A stretch of 64,000 bases of DNA from Sphaerochaetaceae bacterium (GCA_963676605.2 CAXXSP010000063.1:26182-90181), one strand, 5' to 3'; positions 46,344-58,900 are shown, numbered from the stretch's first letter. Notes: a model not told the origin generated them from the sequence alone. Numbers and translations: made by a program.

Positions 46344-48479
46344 ATGGATCTATTTGACGAAAACAGCGGCACTTCCTATCAGCCTCTCGCCTTCCGAATG
46401 CGACCTCGTACTCTTGACGAGTATATCGGTCAGAAGCAGATCATCGGGAAAGGGAGACTTCTCAGAAGAGCAATCCAGATGGATCAGATCTCATCTATCA
46501 TACTCTACGGCCCTCCCGGAACGGGTAAGACCACCCTCGCCCGCGTGATAGCCAATTCAACGCAGAGCCATTTCACCACCCTCAATGCAGTCCTCTCGGG
46601 AGTAAAGGAACTCCGGTATGAGATCGAGCAGGCGGTAAACCGGCTGAAGCTCTATGGAATACGGACCATTCTTTTCATCGATGAGGTGCACCGCTGGAAC
46701 AAGAGTCAGCAGGATGCCCTTCTGCCTCATGTCGAGAACGGCACCTGCATCCTGATCGGTGCGACAACAGAGAATCCCTACTTCGAGGTAAACCCCGCAC
46801 TTGTCTCAAGGAGCAGAATCTTCCAGCTCCTCAAGCTGGAAGAGGAAGATATGTATGAAATCGCCCGCCAGGCTCTCAAAGACCGTGAAAGGGGCTACGG
46901 AAAGCAGCAGATCCGGTTCGAAGAGGGAGCTCTCGAACACCTTGTTCAGGTTGCCAACGGTGATGCGAGAAGCCTCCTCAACGCCCTGGAGCTTGCTGTC
47001 GAGACCGATAATGAACGGGATTCCGATGATCCCGATATCAGAGTGATATCCAATGCGACTGCCGAGGAGAGCATTCAGAGGAAGGCTGTCCTGTATGACA
47101 AGGAAGGGGATTATCATTTCGATACGATCAGCGCTTTCATCAAGTCGATCAGAGGGAGCGACCCTGATGCCGCCCTCTACTGGCTAGCGAAGATGGTCCA
47201 TGCGGGAGAACACCCCTCCTACATCTTCAGGAGACTCCTCATCAGTGCGACCGAGGATATCGGTCTGGCAGATCCTCATGCTATCTCGGTGATACTTTCC
47301 GATGCTCAGGCTTTCGACCGCATAGGGCTCCCCGAGGGACGTTTCCATCTGGCACATGCAACACTCTATGCCGCGACGGCGGAGAAGAGCAACTCTACTC
47401 TCGGATTCTTCGATGCCCTGAAAAACGTTCAGGAAGAAAAAGAGGGGATGGTTCCCAATCATCTCAAGGACAGCAACCGGGATTCGAAAGGCTTCGGACA
47501 CGGCGAAGGCTACCTCTACCCTCACGCATATACCGACCACTGGGTTGCACAGCAGTATCTTCCCTCCTCCCTTCAGGGACAGTTCTTCTACCATCCGGCG
47601 GAAACCGGGTATGAGGGCACGATCAGGAACAAAATCCTCGAAAGAAGGGAAGTGCAGAACGAACTTCCCTCTTCCCCTGAGGATGCAGAGAATCTCACCT
47701 ACTCCCCCGTCAACAGGAGCGAGAAACGATGGATAGAACGGACGCTGGCGAATCAGAGTGATTCATTTTCCACTCTTCGTGATACCCTCTACACGATACT
47801 CAGCATAAAGAGGAATCATACCGTTCTCATCCTTCAGCCGGGAAAGGGCTTTCTTGTATGGGAAGCCGTACGGCGATGCCCGGAAGGCTCGGTGAGCGTC
47901 CTCTGTACATCAGAAAAGGAGAAGGAGTACCTCGATCATTATGCACAGCACCTGGAGCTGCTCAGCAGGCCGATGACCTTCACAGGAACTCTGGAGGAAT
48001 TCACTCGCACTTCTGATATAGAACGGTTTGATCACATCATCTCCTTCAACCCGTTTACCTCCAGCGCAGCTCCTCCAGTTGAAACCCTGATCACTCTTCT
48101 CAGTGAGGGAGGCTCTTTCAGTGCAGTTCAGTCTCTCCCCCTCGAAGCAACGAGAATCTCAGGGTTCATACGGGACACAATCCTGCGGGCGATGTGTGAG
48201 AGAAAGGAAGAGAACTACCTGCTACAGGCCTTCGGCGAGATAACGAAAGAGAATATAGTGGAGCGTCTCACGAGTGCAGGCTGTACAGTCCGTCATGAAT
48301 CCCGGAGTATAAGCACCCAGAAGATCTACGGGCTTTCAGAGATTCAGGATCTGCTCGCCTCAAGGTATGAGTGTACAGGAGAAGAAGTTGCATCGCTTGT
48401 TCAGGCTCTCAGCACACAGCTGATCGGAAAAGAGATACAGTTCAATCGGAAATTTCTCTTTTTCTCTGCACAGAAATAG
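46344..48479 (+). CDS. rarA: replication-associated recombination protein RarA/MgsA fused to a ~275-aa methyltransferase-like C-terminal domain
   Basis: RarA core: PLAFRMRPRTLDEYIGQ, Walker A GPPGTGKTT, FIDEVHRWNK, ATTENPYFEV, SIRGSDPDAALYWL. The extension after about aa 435 has a motif-I-like LILQPGKG and FDHIISFNPF. Confidence 0.85.
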   Translation: MDLFDENSGTSYQPLAFRMRPRTLDEYIGQKQIIGKGRLLRRAIQMDQISSIILYGPPGTGKTTLARVIANSTQSHFTTLNAVLSGVKELRYEIEQAVNRLKLYGIRTILFIDEVHRWNKSQQDALLPHVENGTCILIGATTENPYFEVNPALVSRSRIFQLLKLEEEDMYEIARQALKDRERGYGKQQIRFEEGALEHLVQVANGDARSLLNALELAVETDNERDSDDPDIRVISNATAEESIQRKAVLYDKEGDYHFDTISAFIKSIRGSDPDAALYWLAKMVHAGEHPSYIFRRLLISATEDIGLADPHAISVILSDAQAFDRIGLPEGRFHLAHATLYAATAEKSNSTLGFFDALKNVQEEKEGMVPNHLKDSNRDSKGFGHGEGYLYPHAYTDHWVAQQYLPSSLQGQFFYHPAETGYEGTIRNKILERREVQNELPSSPEDAENLTYSPVNRSEKRWIERTLANQSDSFSTLRDTLYTILSIKRNHTVLILQPGKGFLVWEAVRRCPEGSVSVLCTSEKEKEYLDHYAQHLELLSRPMTFTGTLEEFTRTSDIERFDHIISFNPFTSSAAPPVETLITLLSEGGSFSAVQSLPLEATRISGFIRDTILRAMCERKEENYLLQAFGEITKENIVERLTSAGCTVRHESRSISTQKIYGLSEIQDLLASRYECTGEEVASLVQALSTQLIGKEIQFNRKFLFFSAQK

Positions 48480-48567
48480 CCGGGAGCACTTGACAATTTT
48501 TTCCATTTCAGGCATGTTACTTCTTGTCGATTACACACTTCCACTAAGGTATGTGTAACATGATCAT

Positions 48568-48640
48568 GGTGGATGTAGTTCAATGGTAGAGCACCAGATT
48601 GTGGATCTGGTTGTTGCGGGTTCGAGCCCCGTCATCCACC
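48568..48640 (+). tRNA. tRNA-His(GTG)
   Basis: Cloverleaf read by hand. Extra G-1 pairs with C73. Anticodon loop TTGTGGA. No encoded CCA. Confidence 0.9.
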
Positions 48641-48664
48641 CTCCCATTTTATGTTGGGGTGAAT

Positions 48665-48738
<74 letters not shown>

Positions 48739-48753
48739 GACAACATTTTTCAT

Positions 48754-48826
48754 GGGCCGTTAGCTCAGCTGGTAGAGCAGCAGACTCTTAATCTGCGGGT
48801 CAAAGGTTCGATCCCTTTACGGCTCA
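48754..48826 (+). tRNA. tRNA-Lys(CTT)
   Basis: Acceptor GGGCCGT/ACGGCTC, anticodon stem GCAGA/TCTGC with loop CTCTTAA. Confidence 0.9.
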
Positions 48827-48835
48827 AAGCCACTT

Positions 48836-48916
48836 GCGAGAGTGGTGGAATTGGCAGACACGCTAGACTTAGGATCTAGTACCTTTGGTGTGAGGGTTCA
48901 AGTCCCTCCTCTCGCA
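48836..48916 (+). tRNA. tRNA-Leu(TAG)
   Basis: Acceptor GCGAGAG/CTCTCGC, anticodon stem CTAGA/TCTAG with loop CTTAGGA, long variable arm. Confidence 0.9.
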
Positions 48917-48928
48917 AAGGACCTTTTT

Positions 48929-49000
48929 GCGAAAGTAGCTCAGTGGTAGAGCTCCACCTTGCCAAGGTGGATGTCGCGGGTTCAAATCCCGTCTTTCGCT
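48929..49000 (+). tRNA. tRNA-Gly(GCC)
   Basis: Acceptor GCGAAAG/CTTTCGC, anticodon stem CCACC/GGTGG with loop TTGCCAA. Confidence 0.9.
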
Positions 49001-49002
49001 TG

Positions 49003-49036
49003 AACGCAGAAGAATTTCGATTCTTCTGCGTTTTTT
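49003..49036 (+). terminator. rho-independent terminator of the tRNA cluster
   Basis: AACGCAGAAGAAT-TTCG-ATTCTTCTGCGTT perfect 13-bp stem followed by a T-run. Confidence 0.85.
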
Positions 49037-49163
49037 CATTTCCCCTTCTGATCTCCTCCTGATCAGCCCCGCGGGGTATTGCTGTATCATATTCATCTAT
49101 GCTAAAATCCGTAGGTACCGACCAATCAGCGAAACACTTCCTTTTATTCCACGCTTATGATGA

Positions 49164-50837
<1,674 letters not shown>

Positions 50838-50936
50838 TCTGATCGGCTATACACAATAATTCCTCCGTCTTTACCAAACCTTTATATTTATATGATATGA
50901 TGGTTCACAGGTTGTGCTAACAAACAGGAGGAACTC

Positions 50937-51785
50937 ATGAAAAAGTTATCTAAAGTCAGGAAGACACGCACGATTGTCCAGGCTGTCTTCCTGATCATCG
51001 TACTCTACGTAGCGCTGGGACATACTCTGGAAGAATCAGGTATCACACTGCCGCTTATACAGGGAGCATCCCTTCATGCGATCTGTCCCTTCGGCGGAGT
51101 TGTAACGATTTAACCAGTATGTCACCGAAGGAACCTTCGTTCAGAAGATCCATGAGTCATCATTCTATCTCATGGCTCATCGTGCTTGCCACGGCCCATC
51201 ATAGCCGGTCCGCTCTTCTGTGGCTGGGGTCTGCCCCTTCGGAACCGTACAGGAATGGTTCGCCAAGATCGGGAGAAAACTGTTCAAGAAACGGTACAAT
51301 ACCATGGTGCCGGGTAAAGTGGACAGGTATCTCAGGCATCTCAGGTATGTCGTACTCGCATGGGTCATCTGGGCGACCGCCAACAAGCGCCAAACTTATT
51401 TTTTGCCGATTTACGATCCCTACTACTTGCGCTTTTCAATTTCTGGACAGGAGAAGTGGCCATTACCGCGTTCATCTCGCTCGGGATCGTCCTCGTGCTC
51501 TCCCTCTTCATAGAACGTCCCTTCTGTAAGTACGCCTGCCCCTACGGTGCAGTGCTCGGTCTTACGAACTTCTTCAGGGTATTCAGTGTGAGAAGAAATG
51601 CGAATACCTGTATCTCATGCAGTGCCTGCGATAAGGCATGTCCGATGAACCTTACGGTATCAACAGTAGACAAGGTGAAAGATCCTCAATGTATCTCCTG
51701 CCTTGAGTGTACCAGTGAGGCTGCCTGCCCTATCGAGTCCACCATGGAACTCACCACGAAGAAACATGAAGGAGCCCCATCATGA
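50937..51785 (+). pseudogene. NapH/MauN-like polytopic 4Fe-4S binding protein, frame broken about 8 times
   Basis: Sensible sequence can be stitched across frames: ...AICPFGGVVTI|YQYVTEGTFVQKIHESSFYLM|LIVLATA|IIAGPLFCGW|VCPFGTVQEWF...WATAN|SAKLIF|AD..DPYY|ALFNFWTGEVAI...CKYACPYG...CISCSACDKACP...CISCLECTSEAACP. GGAGGA RBS before the ATG at 50937. Confidence 0.75.
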
Positions 51786-52531
51786 TAATCAAAGCAAGAA
51801 CAGCAGCAATCTTCCTGGTTGCATTCATCCTTCTCAGTATCATCGTGCTCCGTATCGGAGGTCTGTGGAAAACCGAGTCATCCAAGGTTCCCACCCTCAT
51901 CAGCTCAGGAGATTTCGAAGGTGAAGCGAATCCCGCCGATATCAAGGGATCCTATGCATTCAGTGACATTGAGGAGCACTTCGGTATTCCATCTCTCACG
52001 CTTGCCCGTGCATTCAATTTCGATGTTTCAGAGGATGAGGCCGGTACCATCACAGCAAAAACTGTTGAGGAGAACTTCGAGGGAGCTGCCGGCCTCGAAG
52101 GCGATATCGGAACAGATGCTGTGAGGACCTTCGTCGCTCTGTACAACGGGGTTCCCCACGAAGGGGAAGAAGACACGGTCCTCCCCTCCACTGCTGTGGA
52201 TATCCTTCTTGCCGAAGGGAAAGTGAGTGAAGCCGTTGCAGAAGATCTCTACGCCTCGGGATACAGGATAGAAGGCGGCTCCGTCGCACCGGCGCCTGCT
52301 CCTGCCGCTGAAGCGGAGGATCATGCAGAGGAGGCTGTCGATACCACTATCAAGGGAAAGACTACCTTCAATGACCTACTGGACTGGGGGCTGACGGAAA
52401 CTCAGATTGAAGAAGTTCTCGGTGTCCAGATGGGCAAGGGAACAATGGCTGTGCGGGACTTCGCTGAAGACGCAGGAGAAGAGTTCTCGGTCTACAAGAG
52501 TGAGCTGCAGGCACTTCTCGACGAGCTCTAG
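51782..52531 (+). CDS. membrane-anchored acidic protein, unknown function
   Basis: One N-terminal TM helix (AAIFLVAFILLSIIVL), a very acidic body and an APAPAPAAEAE linker. The start overlaps the stop of the 4Fe-4S gene (ATGA). Confidence 0.6.
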   Translation: MIIKARTAAIFLVAFILLSIIVLRIGGLWKTESSKVPTLISSGDFEGEANPADIKGSYAFSDIEEHFGIPSLTLARAFNFDVSEDEAGTITAKTVEENFEGAAGLEGDIGTDAVRTFVALYNGVPHEGEEDTVLPSTAVDILLAEGKVSEAVAEDLYASGYRIEGGSVAPAPAPAAEAEDHAEEAVDTTIKGKTTFNDLLDWGLTETQIEEVLGVQMGKGTMAVRDFAEDAGEEFSVYKSELQALLDEL

Positions 52532-52549
52532 AGGTTTTCACAGAGCATC

Positions 52550-52585
52550 AGGGCACGCTTCTTTCCAGATGCGTGCCCTTTCTGT
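52550..52585 (+). terminator. hairpin terminator between convergent genes
   Basis: AGGGCACGC/GCGTGCCCT 9-bp stem with a 12-nt loop, followed by TTCTGT. Confidence 0.55.
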
Positions 52586-52588
52586 CCC

Positions 52589-53698
52589 TCAGCTCTCAAG
52601 AGCCCGTATAATCTCCTCCGCACTCGGGGGACACCCGGCGATGCTGTTCGATAAACGGCTGGTGCAGACTCCGATACCTATCATCTCTTCCTCATGTTCC
52701 GGGAGTTCACCCCGTCTGAAGAATCTCCCGATCGCATACCTTCTCTGCTCGGGGTTCTCTATCTGGCGCAGGGCACTGATGAGGGAAGCATAGCAGGAAG
52801 AACAGGCTTCCTTCTCCACGATGAGATTCTCCAGCTCTGCGAGTTTCGGATCCTGTGTATAGGTTTTCTGTCCGCCATGGTCATTGATCTCAAGGACGGC
52901 TGCAGGATCCCCGTCCCAGAGAGAGCCGACTCCGAGTTCCTGAGAGCGGGGAATATAGGGAACATCCTCATCTTCATAGCCGATGACTGAGGCGCCGTAG
53001 CTGTCGATCAGAACAGGGTCGGTCGCGAAAAGGATACGCCTCATATCGGAGGGGTCTCCCCCCTCTTCGAAGGTCGGGTCGGGACAGATCGCATCCATGA
53101 CAATACAATCCTGATGTACTATCTGGTTCAGTCTCGCGATCGGCTCATGCAGTCCCCGTGAATGGAACCGTCGCTTCTCAGAATCGGGGATCAGCCCCTT
53201 CATATTCTTGAGAGCTCCGGTATAGCGGGTCTGGCAGTGACCCTTGAGAAGGGGAACATTGATCAGGAAATCGATCTCTTCCGTAATCGAACACAGAGCA
53301 ACCGGGTATCCGTCAACGTCCTCTTCAAAGGATGAATCCCGCTGTGTATCAAAAAGAGGGACGCCGAGTGCCTTCGATATCTTCTCGTACCCGCACCGTT
53401 TGAAGGCCTGAGCTGTCCGGTCCCCGACCCAGGAACCTTCCACGATCATGAGGTTGTCATAGCCGCGTTTCTGCAGGTACTGGATGATACCCGAGACGAT
53501 CTCGGGATGTGTGGTTCCCCCTCCAGAGGCAGGGCTTGCCACCACGAGGTTCGGTTTTATGCCGATACGGGCTCCACGGTCATCGGGAAGAATCTCCTCG
53601 AGACCGGCTGTCTCGAGAAGCCTTACTGTCAGGGATTCAAGAGGTTCTGAAGGGTTGTCTTGATAGATTGAGATAATGGGTCTGTCCGGTCTGCTCAC
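52589..53698 (-). CDS. DUF362 domain-containing protein
   Basis: IGIKPNLVVASP...GTTHPEIVSGII...NVPLLKGHCQT pattern typical of DUF362. Cys-rich C-terminal part (CSSCY...GIGVCTS). Confidence 0.65.
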   Translation of the reverse strand: MSRPDRPIISIYQDNPSEPLESLTVRLLETAGLEEILPDDRGARIGIKPNLVVASPASGGGTTHPEIVSGIIQYLQKRGYDNLMIVEGSWVGDRTAQAFKRCGYEKISKALGVPLFDTQRDSSFEEDVDGYPVALCSITEEIDFLINVPLLKGHCQTRYTGALKNMKGLIPDSEKRRFHSRGLHEPIARLNQIVHQDCIVMDAICPDPTFEEGGDPSDMRRILFATDPVLIDSYGASVIGYEDEDVPYIPRSQELGVGSLWDGDPAAVLEINDHGGQKTYTQDPKLAELENLIVEKEACSSCYASLISALRQIENPEQRRYAIGRFFRRGELPEHEEEMIGIGVCTSRLSNSIAGCPPSAEEIIRALES

Positions 53699-53798
53699 AG
53701 CGTTCTCCTTATCCTTGTATATTATCAGAATTGAAAAAGAGTGGAAAGCGCATATGATCAGAGGCAGTCAACACTTTGAAAGAACGTCAGGACGTCGT

Positions 53799-54224
53799 TC
53801 ATTCCTTTTTGATTGTATCTGGGAGCCAGTCCACTCCCATATAGAAGGCGACAAGAACAGCATCTCCTTCCCCGGTAGACTGACCGAAATGCCAGGTATT
53901 CACCACCTCCACGATCGGGTCACCGGAGGTGAACACGACGCTCGTCCCATCCTCCGTCTGTACAGTCAGTTCCCCTTCAAGCATGTAGGCAACGAGCGGA
54001 ATCGGGTGTTTATGTGTATCGAGCTTCACTTGTGACGGCACGGTGATCCTGAGGACTGTAACCTCAGGAGAGCCGTAGGGGTATCGCGGGAGTTTCTGAC
54101 CGTCCCACGAGGAATCGGTAACAAGAAGAGTTTCGACCTGTGCAGATGTATAGGCCGCAGACTCACCTGCGGCTCCTGTGAGAAGCACAGCGAGAAGGAG
54201 TGTCAGTATACAGAGACGTTTCAT
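53799..54224 (-). CDS. secreted cupin-domain protein
   Basis: Signal peptide MKRLCILTLLLAVLLTGAAG. Cupin motif LDTHKHPIPLVAYMLEGELTV...GDPIVEVVNTWHFG. Confidence 0.65.
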   Translation of the reverse strand: MKRLCILTLLLAVLLTGAAGESAAYTSAQVETLLVTDSSWDGQKLPRYPYGSPEVTVLRITVPSQVKLDTHKHPIPLVAYMLEGELTVQTEDGTSVVFTSGDPIVEVVNTWHFGQSTGEGDAVLVAFYMGVDWLPDTIKKE

Positions 54225-54307
54225 AGGTATCCCTCCAGGAATGGGCAGTACATGCCGGATTCCTAATTCTACCATCCTTTCTTTCCTCAGGCGAGGGATA
54301 AATGCAA

Positions 54308-55345
54308 TCAGTCTAGATCAGGGAGAGCGTAAAGCTCTTTCTCTATGAACAGGTCAACAAGCTCCGGTTCAAACTGGCTGCCGCTGAACAACCGGATCTC
54401 CTCAATGGCGATCTCAGGGGAGAAAGCCTTCCTGTACGCCCTGTTGCTCGTCATGGAGTCGTAGGTGTCTGCAAGGGAGACAATCTTCACGTCGAGGGGA
54501 ATCTCATCTCCCTTCAGACCGTCAGGATAGCCTGTGCCGTCCAGACGCTCATGATGAAGACGAATAATGGGCCTGTATGGCTGGAACAGTTCTATATGAG
54601 AGACGATGCGGTCACCGAATACCGGATGCATCTGGATCGTCCGGTACTCCTCCTTGGTAAGAGGCGTATCTTTATTCAGGAGAGCTTCACTGATACCGAT
54701 CTTCCCGATGTCATGAAGCAGAGCTCCGCCCTCGAGAATCTCAAGCCTGTCGGCACTGTAACCGAGCTCCCGTCCGAGAGCAACCGAGAAGCGGCTAACA
54801 CGCCTGCAGTGCCCTTTCGTGTACCGGTCCTTCTGTTCAATCGTCTCGCTGAAGGCCATAAGTGTGGAACGGGTGACACTGTCCAGCGTACTCATGGAAT
54901 GACGAAGCTGTTCCTCCACCTCCTCATGGTGGTGTCTGAACGCTTCCGCCCGCTCCTCCCTGATCCTTTCCTCTTCACTCATTTCCAGAATCAGACGGAT
55001 GCAGGTGATGAGATTCTCTCGTGTGACCGGTTTCGTCAGATAGTCTTTCGCCCCCATTCTGATTGCCTTCAGCCCCGTATCGAGATCGTTGAAGGCTGTA
55101 AGCATGACCACCGGGATCCTGGGATAGCGGCTCTGAAGAAATTCGAGGAGGGTGAATCCATCCTCTCCGGGCATCTTGATATCAAGCATGGCGAGAGAAA
55201 AATCTCCATCGTTCTCCTTGAGCTGAGATCTGAGGCACTCCCCACCATCACAGACTGTCACATCATACCCTTCATTCGTGAGCAGAATATTCAATATCTT
55301 ACGGATAGCCGGATCATCGTCTGTAATTATGATTCGCTTACTCAT
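54308..55345 (-). CDS. response regulator with HD-GYP c-di-GMP phosphodiesterase output (RpfG type)
   Basis: REC domain (IIITDDDP...AMLDIKMPG...) plus HD-GYP (GALLHDIGKIG...HHERLDGTGYPDGL). Confidence 0.9.
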   Translation of the reverse strand: MSKRIIITDDDPAIRKILNILLTNEGYDVTVCDGGECLRSQLKENDGDFSLAMLDIKMPGEDGFTLLEFLQSRYPRIPVVMLTAFNDLDTGLKAIRMGAKDYLTKPVTRENLITCIRLILEMSEEERIREERAEAFRHHHEEVEEQLRHSMSTLDSVTRSTLMAFSETIEQKDRYTKGHCRRVSRFSVALGRELGYSADRLEILEGGALLHDIGKIGISEALLNKDTPLTKEEYRTIQMHPVFGDRIVSHIELFQPYRPIIRLHHERLDGTGYPDGLKGDEIPLDVKIVSLADTYDSMTSNRAYRKAFSPEIAIEEIRLFSGSQFEPELVDLFIEKELYALPDLD

Positions 55346-55346
55346 C

Positions 55347-55876
55347 TCATCCCCCTATACGTCTGAAGGAGTACAGGAAGGGTACCTCCTTCTTATAATC
55401 TTCATAGCCCTCGAACATGCGAGGAAATAACACCCTGTCTTCTATTAAGATCAGGATAAAATTATCAATCGTCAATCCTATGACGAGTGTCAGAACATCG
55501 AGCCGTAGAAAGTAGCACGCTATGACACAGTTGATACCTGTATACCATAGAAATCCCGGATGACGCGAGATTCGATATGTTCCACCTTTATATAATGTGC
55601 TTTTCTCTCCAGAGGAAAAGATGGCAGTTTCGAGAAAAACCGAGAAAATAAGCAGTGCCGAGAGGAGACTCAGGGCAATCATCGCAAGCGCAGAGAGCGC
55701 GGAGCCCAATGGAGAGGGATACCACAGGAAGAGGAATACATAGGGTACGCCCGTGATAAAAAAACCGGCAAAGAGGATGCGTCTCAGTAATTCTTTACCA
55801 TGAATGAGAGCCAGATCAAAAAGAAATGCTAAAAAATATCCTGCGGTTCCGATGATAAAAAGTTTGAAAATTCCAT
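55347..55876 (-). CDS. ICMT/PEMT-like membrane methyltransferase (5' end needs a 1-nt frame correction or a non-canonical start)
   Basis: YRISRHPGFLWY motif and EDRVLFPRFEGYEDYKK-like tail. The frame is open to 55877, but the only RBS-preceded ATG (55876) is out of frame. The track ORF starts at an internal TTG (55709). Confidence 0.55.
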
Positions 55877-55928
55877 ACTATTCCTTTATAATAGTGTACA
55901 ATCAAGATTATTCATAGATAGGAAAGGA

Positions 55929-58900
55929 ATGAACATGATCATAGACATCTCAACCATCATTCCTGCAGTGGCGTTCCTCCTCTACGTGTTCTTCTTTGTT
56001 TTCGGCATTCTGCAGTATAAAAGCGACCGGTTCTACTGGTCCTTCCAGCTTTATATCGTATTCTTCTCAATCTGGAGTTTCGGTTCATTCATGATGCACC
56101 TGAACAGTGGTCTCATGACACCCCTGTTCTGGAACAAAGTGATGCTTATCGGTATGCTTTCCGTTCCCTTTGGACTCACCCACTTCGTCATCGATATTCT
56201 GAAACTGCAGAAACGAAGAGTAACGGTATTCATCACCGTCAGTTATCTTCTGCTCATTCCGCTGATGATATTCAATTTCACAGGGTCGATCGTAAGCGAT
56301 GCGGGCTTCAACGCTGACGGCTCCTTCTTCTACACCCTTGCCGACAGTTCCATCTATGCATACTCAATAAGCTACGCATACCTCATTCTCGCGTTCATCA
56401 TTCTTCTTCTCAGTACCAGGAAGAATCCACTTGGCGCGGAAGGAAAGAACGTAGCCCTGCCGATCATCGGTGTGTTTGTTATGATGATAGGAACCTTCCT
56501 GAACGTCTTTCCACAGCTAGGGCAGTACCCTCTCGATATTCTCGCAGCCACGATCAATGCGGTCCTCCTCTTTTACACAATCTATAAATACAAACTTATC
56601 AGTTATTCGCTTGTCGGACTCAGGATCATATACACCACGATCTTCGCTATCTTCAGCTCCTTCATCTATTTCGGAATCCTGACCATCGTCCAGCTTGCGA
56701 AGGAGGATTTCGCACCGGGAAGCACGGTAGAGCTCGCAATTGTTCTCGGTCTTGTGACCGCACTGATCATGTATCCTATCAGGAATCTTCTCTCCTACCT
56801 GATCGACTCGGTACTTATCCCGAAACGCCATCCGTACCAGGCTACCATTCTGAATCTCAGCAGGAAGATGCCCACGATCCTCAATCTTGACGACCTCGCC
56901 AGAGAGGTCACGGAGAACCTTTCGACAGGCATGAAGACGGAATGGGTTCTCTTCGTCACCCGGGACCCCGGGATGGAAGAGAAGGAGTTCCGTATCATCG
57001 ATCACGCGAAATGCCCGACAGAGAAGAGGAAGGGAGATATCGTGAAGTTCGCGCTCTCCTCCTATCTGACCGAGGAGATCGAGACCAGAGAGAAACTGAA
57101 CAGCTCATCAGTTATACGGCTTTCCGATGAGGAGAAGAATGATTTCGCAGTAGAGGGAATTCCCCCCTTCAATGTTATTATCCCTCTCATTTTCCGCCAT
57201 CAGACTGCAGGTTATATCCTCATCTCCTATGACATTTCCACCTCTCCCCTCTCTCAGATAGAAATTGATGCCCTCGAAATCCTCGCATCCCAGAGCGCAC
57301 TCTCCCTGGAGAATGCTCTCAGCTTTGAGCAGTTGAGAGTACAGGGACGCGAGCTTGAACTGAGCAAGAATAAGATGGAAGCCATCTTTGACGGTATTGC
57401 CTCCCCTGTCTGCCTGATCGATATCGACTACATCATCCAGGAAGCGAACAGCGCAGCCATCACACTCTTCCAGATAGAGAAGAAGCAGCTGATCGGAACG
57501 AAGTGTTACAAGGCTCTGTTCAAACGTGCACGTCCTTGTCCCCACTGTCTCGCCGTTGATACGCTCCACACAGGTGTCGTACAATCGACCGAGGCGAAAG
57601 AGATGAACCGGGTGTTCTCCTTCCAGTATCATAATGTACGGGTTCCTGAAGAGTCGAAGAGCCTGTTCGTTGAGATCATGCAGGATATCACAGAACAGAA
57701 ACATATGCAGGAAGAGATGATACGCACTGAGAAGATGGCTGGAATCGGTACCCTTGCAGCAGGGATCGCCCATGAGGTGAATAATCCTCTTGCCGCCATC
57801 TCAGGTACCGCAGAGATCATGCTCAGTACAGCTTCACCTGAGAGTACCGACTATGAATACCTGACAGATATTCTCAACTACGCGAAGGGGGCCTCCAATG
57901 TCATCAAGGAGATGTCCATCTATTCCAGGACAGAGGAAAGGCAGGAGAAACAACTCATCGAGATCGTTGATGCGGTAGAATTCTCTCTCAGAATGGCCAT
58001 GCGCGGTTCCGATATGCAGAATATCGAAGTTAAAAGGAATTACCATGCCCTTCCCTCTCTCGAGGCGAATGAAGGTGAGATTCACCAGCTCTTCCTCAAC
58101 CTGATCGTCAACGCCGTTCAATCTATGGGAGGAAGAGGAACTCTCACCCTTACCTGTACCGAGAAGGACGGATTCATCTATATCTCCTTCGATGATACCG
58201 GCTGCGGGATTCCCGATAAATATATTAATCAGGTCTTCACCCCGTTCTTCACGACCAAGCCGCCCGGATCAGGGACAGGTCTTGGCCTGACGAACTGTTT
58301 TAATATTGTTGAAAAAATGGAAGGTAGAATACGAGTGAGAAGCGAAGAAGGTGTAGGAAGTGACTTTACTGTGATCCTGCCTCTCGGTGACGAGGGTAAG
58401 GATACGATCAGGTTTGTGATGGCGAACGACACCTCTTCTCTGAGTGATGTATTCTTCATCCAGAGAAAAGTCCTCGTCGGTGAAAAGGGATACCTGGAAG
58501 AGTCTATCCACCGGAAAGAGGATGAGAAGGCGATGCATATCCTCGCCTTCAAGGGAATTCACCCGGTAGGTACGGTATCGCTGATGAACAGTGACGTGTT
58601 CTGGCCTCTCCCGATGAATAAGTATTTCAAACTCGATGAGTACGTAGAGCGGGGCAAGAGCTCGGAGATCCTGCGTCTTGCCGTCCTTCCTCATATGAGG
58701 AATACTTCGGTATCGATCGGGCTGATAGCTCTCGTCTTCCTGCTTGCACGTTCGCGCGGCACGGCACAAACCATCCTCGATGTATTCAGTGATGATACCA
58801 AGACGATCCGGCTGTACAAGAAATTCGGATTTGAAGAAGTGGGCACCTATCATTCACCCTCAAAGGTGACGGTGATGATGCTGAGAGGGAAGACCTCACA

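Noticed and set aside
54551-55366. 271-aa plus-strand ORF
   Set aside because: It is antisense to the REC-HD-GYP gene, whose motifs (HDIGK, HHERLDGTGYP) fix the coding strand.
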